Below, piece by piece: positions 56,992-64,000 of a stretch of 64,000 nucleotides of DNA. The position numbers and the translations under genes are program-made. The stretch is from Candidatus Woesearchaeota archaeon (lineage in GTDB: Archaea; Nanobdellota; Nanobdellia; Woesearchaeales; WAPJ01), in contig JBLKOQ010000002.1 of assembly GCA_047602885.1 (NCBI GenBank), forward strand, positions 5,464 to 69,463. The letters run 5' to 3'. The notes below the pieces were generated by a model, which was not told where the DNA came from, did no database searches, and saw only the letters and a list, made by a program, of their open reading frames with translations. Position 1 is the first letter of the stretch. Every line of letters begins with the position of its first letter.

Positions 56992-59622
56992 TTATGATGC
57001 TCTTATTCCTCTTGCCTTGTCAAGTTCTATTTTGGCCATGACCTGGTTGTGCATTCTCTTAATGAAATCATGCCTGTCCTCTATTCGTATAAGGTCGCTT
57101 CTCCCCTGCAATAATATATTAAAAGAGAAAGGGCTTGGTATTCCTATGTTTCTCTCTTCCACCATTATCCTTTTGCTCTCTATTCCTTCTATTATCTTCA
57201 TGGCATTGCCTATGTCCATCATGTCCTCTAATACTTCTCTTCTCGCCTCTTTTAGTATGGGAAAGTCTTCAGATATTCCTTTGACAGTTTTCAAGAGTTT
57301 CATGCTGCTAACTTGCTGCCTGCCAGCAGTTTTGGACCTTCCTTTATAATTCCTTAGTATCATAAGCGATCTTGCAGCGCAGTGCCTAAACCTTCTTCCC
57401 AATACTTCAGAATTTTCTATTGCATGTTCCATAAGCAAGCCGAGTTTTTCTGCTCTAAGGTACGATATTATCTTATTGGTATTAAACTCTTGTCTCGTCA
57501 TTATGTAAAAGCCGCTGTCAGTAATCCCTACCTGTACGTCTCTTCCATGTATCTTTCCTGCTATGAATGCTATAGCCCTGCTAAGTACATCATTAACCCT
57601 TCTCCCGTATATTGCATTGAACAATAGATAAGTGTATCCTTGGTCCTTGTACCTCTCTACGATTATGTGCTCATGATGCGGTATTTGCATAAAATCATAC
57701 TGTTCTCTCAGATAATTGTGTATTGCTGTTGCAGTATTTTGATTGCAATGAATGTATTCCATTATCCATTCTATTATATAATCAGTATTAGTGTTGCTCT
57801 CATACAATTCCCTAATCTTTTTTCTGAGTCTTCCTATTTCGAGTGCTGTGTCATGGCTTAATGGGAGCATTTCTGAATGCCAGCTTGGAATGGTAGGGGG
57901 CCTGTCTATACTCCCTTGTACGAAGGCTACCATGCCCTGAGCATGCAAGAACATATACTTTTCTCCTCCAAGAACGAATACATCTCCTTTTCTTAGCCTT
58001 TCCAGGAATATCTCGTCAATCTTTCCTACTATATTATCTGATCCTTTGATCTTAACGCTTACATGGCTCTCGTCAGGAATAGTGCCAATGTTAGTCATGA
58101 ATATTATTCTTGCATTCTTCCCCCTGCTTCCTATCATGTTAGTGGTATTGTCATACCATATCTTTGCATATACATTCCTCTTTTCGAGTATTGGAAAGTT
58201 ACCCTTAAGGTATTCTATTATGCTAAGATAGTCTTCCCTGGACAAATCCTTGTAAGGATAAGCCTTTCTTATGAGGCTGTATAGCTCTTCGATATCCCAT
58301 GGTTGTGTAATGCAAAAACCATATACTTGTTGCGCCAGGACATCCAATGATCCTAATGGTATGTGAATATTGTCTATCTTTCTTTCAAAAGCGCATTTTG
58401 ATATTATGCTGCATTCTATTAGGTCGTCCCTGTCCATTGCAAGTAATCGTCCTATGCTTGTCTCGTGCAGCTTATGGCCTGCTCTTCCTATCCTCTGCAA
58501 TGCTCTTGACACGCTCTTAGGACTCCCTAATAGTATGACTAAGTCTATTGTGCCTATGTCTATTCCTAACTCTAGACTGGTAGAACAGACTACTGCCCTT
58601 AGTTTTCCTTCCCTTAGACTCTTTTCTATTCCGTGCCTTACTGTTTTTGAGAGGCTACTATGATGGGCTCCTATCCTGACTGTTCCTTTCTCTCCTATCG
58701 CCCCGTACTCTAGGGGATATTTTTCTTTCAGGGTATTGACCACTCTTTCTGTGGCGCTCCTCGTATTGGTGAATATTAGTGTGGTCTTGTGAGAGAGTAT
58801 CATCTCGTGCATTGTCCGATAGAGTCTTTCCTGTATTATGGCAGGTTTTGATGATATCATATCATTTACTGGTGTTATAGTCTTAAGGTCAAGCTTTTTT
58901 GTGAAACTAACATCTATTATCATAATGTCTCTTTCATGCCCATTGTCATATCCTGTCATGAATTCTGCTACCCTTTCTATAGGACTGATGGTTGCTGATA
59001 GTCCTATTCTTGATACTCCATTGTTATAGTACTGGAGTTTTTCGAAAGTCAGGCTGGCATGTGTTCCTCTCTTGTTTTCTGCTAGGCTGTGTATCTCGTC
59101 CATTATCAGGTATTGTACCGACTTTAGTGATTCTATGAACTTTTTTGTAGTCATCATTATACCAAGGCTTTCAGGAGTGGTTATTAGTATGTGAGGCGGT
59201 TTTCTTAGCATCTTCTGTCTCTCGCTCGCACTAGTGTCTCCTGTGCGTGTTGCTATCCCGATTCCCAGTTTTTTCCCATGCTCTTTTTCTATGCCCTTTA
59301 ATGGTTCTAAGAGGTTGACTTTTATGTCCTCATTAAGCGCTTTTAATGGACTTACGTATACTGCATAGACCTTATCTTCTAGTATTCCGTTTATTGACAG
59401 TCCTGTAAGCTCGTTTAGCACTGACAGGAATGCTGTAAGCGTCTTGGTGCTGCCTGTAGGAGCGCTTAACAGTACATTTCTCCTGCTGTGTATCTCCATT
59501 ACCCCGTACAATTGTGGGAGACTGTATGACGGAAATGTATTATGGAACCATTTCTTTACAGGCTCGCACAATATCCTATCAATATCCTCAGGAGTATTGG
59601 GTTTTTTTTTGTATGATATCAT
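56992..59622 (-). CDS. lhr: Lhr-type large superfamily-2 helicase
   Basis: APTGSTKT (I), DEIH (II), SAT (III), QRIGRAGH (VI) plus Lhr-core WH/domain 4. Confidence 0.8.
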   Translation of the reverse strand: MISYKKKPNTPEDIDRILCEPVKKWFHNTFPSYSLPQLYGVMEIHSRRNVLLSAPTGSTKTLTAFLSVLNELTGLSINGILEDKVYAVYVSPLKALNEDIKVNLLEPLKGIEKEHGKKLGIGIATRTGDTSASERQKMLRKPPHILITTPESLGIMMTTKKFIESLKSVQYLIMDEIHSLAENKRGTHASLTFEKLQYYNNGVSRIGLSATISPIERVAEFMTGYDNGHERDIMIIDVSFTKKLDLKTITPVNDMISSKPAIIQERLYRTMHEMILSHKTTLIFTNTRSATERVVNTLKEKYPLEYGAIGEKGTVRIGAHHSSLSKTVRHGIEKSLREGKLRAVVCSTSLELGIDIGTIDLVILLGSPKSVSRALQRIGRAGHKLHETSIGRLLAMDRDDLIECSIISKCAFERKIDNIHIPLGSLDVLAQQVYGFCITQPWDIEELYSLIRKAYPYKDLSREDYLSIIEYLKGNFPILEKRNVYAKIWYDNTTNMIGSRGKNARIIFMTNIGTIPDESHVSVKIKGSDNIVGKIDEIFLERLRKGDVFVLGGEKYMFLHAQGMVAFVQGSIDRPPTIPSWHSEMLPLSHDTALEIGRLRKKIRELYESNTNTDYIIEWIMEYIHCNQNTATAIHNYLREQYDFMQIPHHEHIIVERYKDQGYTYLLFNAIYGRRVNDVLSRAIAFIAGKIHGRDVQVGITDSGFYIMTRQEFNTNKIISYLRAEKLGLLMEHAIENSEVLGRRFRHCAARSLMILRNYKGRSKTAGRQQVSSMKLLKTVKGISEDFPILKEARREVLEDMMDIGNAMKIIEGIESKRIMVEERNIGIPSPFSFNILLQGRSDLIRIEDRHDFIKRMHNQVMAKIELDKARGIRAS

Positions 59623-59690
59623 TATTATCAGTGGGGATGGATACGAATGCTATTTATAAGAAGTGCCAAAATAATAATAGTAATAATAAG

Positions 59691-59793
59691 AATCAACAAC
59701 CCCGAGCTAAAGGGCGCGGTATGTTGGAGTTAATGGTCAAACTACTATCGGCCTAAAGACCGAGGTATCAACCCAACCCATTAACAATGATAA
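59691..59793 (+). repeat. ~103-nt conserved interspersed element, copy 3 (family B)
   Basis: Between S12 3' end and Lhr 5' end. Confidence 0.6.
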
Positions 59794-59828
59794 AATAAAA
59801 TACCAATATCAAAATAATTATTTTAATA

Positions 59829-60266
59829 TTACTTTCTTGCCTTCTCTATCTTGCCCCTTAGCAAGGCGTCAAGTGACTGGTCGTTAACCTTTATGACTTG
59901 CCATCTGACTCCTGGAATGTCTCCTTTAGCTCTTCCCTGTTTACCGCCAATACTCTCAATAATTACTTCGTCGTGTTCGTCCATGAGTTTTATTGCGCCG
60001 TCTCCAGGAGCGAATGCCGTTACCTGCCTGCCGTTCTTGATTAACTGTACTTTAACACACTTTCTCTTGGCCGAATTAGGCTGCTTTGCTTCCAACTCCA
60101 CTTTTTCGAGTATTATGCCCCTAGCCTGGGATGCTCCTCCCAGGGGGTCTGACTTTTGCTTGAGCCTTAATGCTCTTCTCTTATAGTTCTTGTCACTCCA
60201 CCTGAAGATGCTCCTTCTCTTTTGGAGTGATGATCCCGCGTTTAGTCCGTTTGATTTCTTGGCCAT
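59829..60266 (-). CDS. rps12: 30S ribosomal protein S12 (uS12)
   Basis: [11 protein letters not shown]...[24 protein letters not shown]. Confidence 0.9.
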   Translation of the reverse strand: MAKKSNGLNAGSSLQKRRSIFRWSDKNYKRRALRLKQKSDPLGGASQARGIILEKVELEAKQPNSAKRKCVKVQLIKNGRQVTAFAPGDGAIKLMDEHDEVIIESIGGKQGRAKGDIPGVRWQVIKVNDQSLDALLRGKIEKARK

Positions 60267-60290
60267 AATGATTGGCATCTCCATCTGTTT

Positions 60291-61097
60291 TTAAGCGTTA
60301 TGGTCTTTCTTGTCCTTATCGTCTTCTTCAGGACTGTATTCGTCCACATCTTTTTTGTCCTGTTCTATTTCTTTCTTTTCTTCTAAGAGGTCTTTATGCT
60401 CTTCCATTTCTTCTAGAACCTCTTTTACTAGCTCTTCATCTGATTCTATAGGCCTTTCAGGCGTGTCTAGACCGTCTATAACAGGCTTATTATCATCCAT
60501 ACTCTGCTCTTCATTACTCTCTGAGATGAGGGTGCTTTCTGTTTCTTTAGTATCGTCTTTTAGGAGTTTTTCTTTATCCACTGTACTGTCTTCAGGCTCT
60601 GGTTCATTGGATTCTTCTTTTACCATAGTCTTATCACTCTCACTAGTCGATTGTATTGTTTCCTCTTCACGGGGCCTTCCTACTTTCGCTTCTTCTATCT
60701 TAAAATACCTTTGTATTATCTTCTCTGTCTCCCTAAGCTTTATGGCCTGTCTCCCTATCATAAGGCCTCTGCTCAGCGTGTCTTTGGGTATTACTGTTAC
60801 AATACTATTCTCTTCATCATACAATACTTCTTCGGGTATGAGTGGAAAAGTGGTGTTTTTCACGAATACTTTTATGTCAGGACTGTACTCTATTATCTTA
60901 ATCTTCTTTTTTAGCTGTTCTGCAAGCTTCTTAACATTAGTGCCTGCCTTGCCTACTGCTTTTCCTATCTGTCCGGGCTCTACTACAAATACCTGCAGGT
61001 CTCCCACTTCAAAAGCGTCTTTAAGCTTTGAAGCTGTTATCTTCTCGAATATCTTCATTACCTGCATCGACTGAGAATCATATTTTATCCTGCTCAT
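60291..61097 (-). CDS. nusA: transcription termination/antitermination factor NusA (archaeal 2xKH) with ~130-aa acidic C-terminal extension
   Basis: Two KH domains (GKAVGKAGTNVKKL; IGRQAIKLRETEKII) then E/D/K-rich low-complexity tail. Confidence 0.75.
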   Translation of the reverse strand: MSRIKYDSQSMQVMKIFEKITASKLKDAFEVGDLQVFVVEPGQIGKAVGKAGTNVKKLAEQLKKKIKIIEYSPDIKVFVKNTTFPLIPEEVLYDEENSIVTVIPKDTLSRGLMIGRQAIKLRETEKIIQRYFKIEEAKVGRPREEETIQSTSESDKTMVKEESNEPEPEDSTVDKEKLLKDDTKETESTLISESNEEQSMDDNKPVIDGLDTPERPIESDEELVKEVLEEMEEHKDLLEEKKEIEQDKKDVDEYSPEEDDKDKKDHNA

Positions 61098-61381
61098 TTT
61101 TTGAGAACACCCACCATGGTTACTCTGAATTGTTTCCTGCATGCAATGCCCAGATCCTCTGAATTGGCCGATACCTGGCTTGCCTTAACGCCCATTATCT
61201 CTGCATTATGCATTATGTCTTCTATCATGTTCTTAGGGGCATTTCTTGCAATGAACACATACTCGAGTTTGTCATTTCTAATAGCATTCATAGTGGACTC
61301 GTTCCCTATGACTATAGCCCCTTTCTTGTGCGCATTCCTTATTATGTCCAGTGCCGAATCCGTTTTAGTCATTTTTTTCAC
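61094..61381 (-). CDS. rpl30e: 50S ribosomal protein L30e
   Basis: L30e/L7Ae fold; conserved position between rpoA'' and nusA. Confidence 0.85.
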   Translation of the reverse strand: MKKMTKTDSALDIIRNAHKKGAIVIGNESTMNAIRNDKLEYVFIARNAPKNMIEDIMHNAEIMGVKASQVSANSEDLGIACRKQFRVTMVGVLKK

Positions 61382-61393
61382 CTATACAATCTT

Positions 61394-62536
61394 TTAAGTA
61401 TTACTTTTTTTTAAGTCCATTACTATTCTGGGAAGTCCAGTTCCTGAGGGTATATGCTGGTTAACCATGACATTCTCGACTATGCTGCTCATCTTGTCGT
61501 TCTCACCAATTATAGAAGCATTAATAACATGGTTTATTGCTGTCTCAAACGATGCTCTTGCAAGAACAGAGCTCTTTTCTCTAATTACTCCGTACCTTGT
61601 AATTCCTTTAACACCGCTTCCATTGCACATGGTGTCTGCTACGAGCATCACATGCCTAATGTCTACATTAAGGCCTTGGTTGCTCATAACCTTGTATACC
61701 TCGTTTATTATTGCCTGCCTTGCAGCCTCTATTCCAAAATACTGGCTTATCTCCTCAATATCATTAGTTGTTGACCTATAAGTGTCTACATACTCTTTTT
61801 TCATGATATCCTTTATGTTGGAACCTGCAGTCACTATGACAAACTCCTCACCTCTTCGAACGGGAAGTACCTGTGATATTCCTTTAATTCCTGATATTGG
61901 CACTACTTTTAGCTTATCTTTTACTTTGTACAATTCATTAAAGTTATCTTCCTTGGATTTGAATGTAAATTTCAATACATAATCCTCTTTTACATCAACT
62001 TTTAGCTTCTTGAGTATCTTGTTAAGCTTCTTAGCAAGCTCTTCTGTAGACAACTCTATATCAGCCAATTTTTCTTTACGTAATGATACTTCTACAGAGA
62101 ACTCTTCTAGTATTATTGCGAACTCTTCTGCAACCTCGTATAATTGTGTTTCTTTAACCTGAAGGGCTATCTTTCTTACATCCTTCTCGTTATTGTATTC
62201 TTTTTTAAGATATACTTCCATGGAAGGCGTTGCTATTTCTTTTCTTCCGTCCAGTATCTCGATTATTCTAGGAAGGCCTGTAGTTACATTTAGTTCTGCT
62301 ACTCCACCATAGTGTTTTGTGTTTAGTGTCATTTGTGTGGAAGGCTCTCCTATGCTCTCAGCGCTTATTATGCCCACACTTTCTCCTGCCTCTACTAGTG
62401 CATGCTCATATTCATCTTCCACTATGAGCCTAATCTTGTTCTGTTCTCTTTTGCCCCATCCCTTCTTTTGGGCTTGGGATTCGATTTCTGATGCGAGCAT
62501 CCCCGGAATTTCTATATTTTTCTTCTTTGTAGTCAT
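61394..62536 (-). CDS. rpoA2: DNA-directed RNA polymerase subunit A''
   Basis: [29 protein letters not shown]. Confidence 0.9.
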   Translation of the reverse strand: MTTKKKNIEIPGMLASEIESQAQKKGWGKREQNKIRLIVEDEYEHALVEAGESVGIISAESIGEPSTQMTLNTKHYGGVAELNVTTGLPRIIEILDGRKEIATPSMEVYLKKEYNNEKDVRKIALQVKETQLYEVAEEFAIILEEFSVEVSLRKEKLADIELSTEELAKKLNKILKKLKVDVKEDYVLKFTFKSKEDNFNELYKVKDKLKVVPISGIKGISQVLPVRRGEEFVIVTAGSNIKDIMKKEYVDTYRSTTNDIEEISQYFGIEAARQAIINEVYKVMSNQGLNVDIRHVMLVADTMCNGSGVKGITRYGVIREKSSVLARASFETAINHVINASIIGENDKMSSIVENVMVNQHIPSGTGLPRIVMDLKKSNT

Positions 62537-62548
62537 CTGCTATCACCG

Positions 62549-64000
62549 TTATGAGTTCTCTTCCATCTCAGCTGCTATTCTTAAGACGTTGACCTTTCCC
62601 CCTTCTGATTTTGAAACGTCTATGCCATCCTCGCCGTACCTGAACTGTATTATCTTTCCTGAGCTGTCCCTTACAGTATCGTCATATTCCACTCTTAGGT
62701 CCTGCATAGCATTGGCTAGTCTCCTATACAAGTACCCTGATCTTGGCGTTCTAAGAGCTGTGTCCATCAGGCTGTCTCTTCCTACCATTGCCTGGAAGAA
62801 GAACTCGTGAGGCTGGAGTCCTGACTTAAAATTGCTTCTTATGAATCCGTGAGCATCTGCCCCTAAGTCTCCCTTGGCAAAACAACTTAGTGTCCTACCA
62901 TTGTATCCCTTGTTTATTCTTCCTCCCATTAGGGCTTGTTGTCCTACAACTCCCGATATCTGCGCCAGATTAAGTATGTTTCCTCTTGCACCTGACCTTG
63001 CCATTATTTCTATATGATTGTCTTCAGGCGTTTTTTCATAGAGCAACTCTCCTACCTTGTTTCTAACGCTGTTTAGTACCTCAAGTACGCTTAGTTCAAG
63101 TGTTTCCTTGTCCGTCTTTCCTGGAAAACTCTCTATCTTTCCTTGCTCATACTTCTTGATTAGCATCTGCACTTGCTTGTCTGTTTCTGCTAGTATGCTT
63201 GATATTCTTGATTCCGATTCAGAATCTATATCTGTTTCTGAAAGCTTAACAGTAAAACCTCTCATGAGAAGATAGTATATTCCCATCCTGCTCATCTGCC
63301 CTATTATTTCCATGGCTCTCTTGCTTCCATACCTTTTGTTAAGGTTTCTTAGCATCAGTCCTGCACCTTCTCCAAGATTGGCCTTGTCCATTACACCTTC
63401 TACCAATATGCCGTTGGTTATCCTTACTATTTTCTTGTCCCTTGATTTGGATACAAAAGTGAAATCGTCAGGTAGCACCTGGCTGAATATCTCTTTGCCA
63501 GTAAGGTGTTTTTTTCTTGGCAGCCTAGCATATTCTTTGACTCCTGCAAAAGCAAGAAGTCTTAAGGCATCATAGTATGGTATCTTGTCATTCTTTGTAA
63601 GCAGGTATAATCCTGATATTCCGTCCTGCATTAGTCCTATAATGCTTAGGCCGTATCTTGGACTGTTAAGCTGTGTCTGTACTTCCATTAGGTTCATTAC
63701 TTCTGACATCGCCTCTTCATTTTGTGGAATATGAATATTCATAGCGTCCCCGTCAAAATCTGCATTGTATGGAGCGCATACATTCGGATTAATCCTTAGT
63801 GTTCTGTATGGCATTACTCTTATTCTGTGTCCCATCATAGAATTCCTGTGGAGGCTTGGCTGCCTGTTGAATATGCTTATGTCTCCGTCCATTAGATGCC
63901 TTTCTACAATGTAGCCTGGCGTGAGTTCTTCGAGCGCTGCTTCTATCGTCTCTTCAGTAAGCCTTTTTCTCCTACCGTCAGGCCTTATGAGATAGTTTGC
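62549..64000 (-). CDS. rpoA1: DNA-directed RNA polymerase subunit A' (3' part; continues beyond window end)
   Basis: NADFDGDAMNIH (Mg-binding NADFDGD), FNRQPSLH; frame open to position 64000. Confidence 0.9.
   Translation of the reverse strand, partial: ANYLIRPDGRRKRLTEETIEAALEELTPGYIVERHLMDGDISIFNRQPSLHRNSMMGHRIRVMPYRTLRINPNVCAPYNADFDGDAMNIHIPQNEEAMSEVMNLMEVQTQLNSPRYGLSIIGLMQDGISGLYLLTKNDKIPYYDALRLLAFAGVKEYARLPRKKHLTGKEIFSQVLPDDFTFVSKSRDKKIVRITNGILVEGVMDKANLGEGAGLMLRNLNKRYGSKRAMEIIGQMSRMGIYYLLMRGFTVKLSETDIDSESESRISSILAETDKQVQMLIKKYEQGKIESFPGKTDKETLELSVLEVLNSVRNKVGELLYEKTPEDNHIEIMARSGARGNILNLAQISGVVGQQALMGGRINKGYNGRTLSCFAKGDLGADAHGFIRSNFKSGLQPHEFFFQAMVGRDSLMDTALRTPRSGYLYRRLANAMQDLRVEYDDTVRDSSGKIIQFRYGEDGIDVSKSEGGKVNVLRIAAEMEENS

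Noticed and set aside
59514-59756. 80-aa ORF ending in ...GRGMLELMVKLLSA that spans family B copy 3
   Set aside because: The frame is open by chance. The other two copies have unrelated upstream sequence; only the 11-codon micro-ORF is shared.
1-64000. CRISPR arrays, rRNA genes, IS/transposase genes, integrase-flanked islands
   Set aside because: None found. The only recombinase is a chromosomal XerA. The only repeats are the two short interspersed families reported above.

Overview
Dense archaeal chromosomal segment, AT-rich (roughly mid-30s % GC judged by eye, not computed). It is dominated by information-processing genes in a scrambled order. Recognisable archaeal blocks: the proteasome-alpha/SBDS/Rrp4/Rrp41/Rrp42 exosome superoperon followed by RpoK; L7Ae-S28e-L24e-NDK; EF-2/EF-1alpha/S10; RpoL-L1-L10-P1; PIN-RpoE-Spt4-S24e-S27ae; and RpoA'(partial)-RpoA''-L30e-NusA-S12. 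S7 and L11 sit elsewhere, which is typical of small reduced archaeal genomes (possibly DPANN-like; inference). Other recognisable genes: thermosome, LonB, GluRS, glutamate dehydrogenase, XerA, MgtE, MscS, Rad50-like ATPase, Lhr helicase, MiaB-like methylthiotransferase, DtdA and PGI/PMI. There are nine tRNA genes, two of them intron-containing. No rRNA, CRISPR array or obvious IS element was seen. Most noteworthy non-standard content: (1) two families of short interspersed conserved elements, a 96-nt palindromic element with compensatory hairpin changes (2 copies, each about 60 nt upstream of a + strand gene) and a ~103-nt element (3 copies, about 92% identical); (2) a stand-alone C-terminal half of a Hel308/Ski2 helicase; (3) a 59-aa histone-fold gene lacking helix alpha3; (4) an Lnt-like membrane C-N hydrolase/acyltransferase next to a secreted Cys-rich repeat protein, plus a Tat-signal lytic-transglycosylase-like protein; (5) an HPF/RaiA-like protein; and (6) a frameshift-interrupted hypothetical gene within an accessory-looking block at 23.2-26.4 kb.
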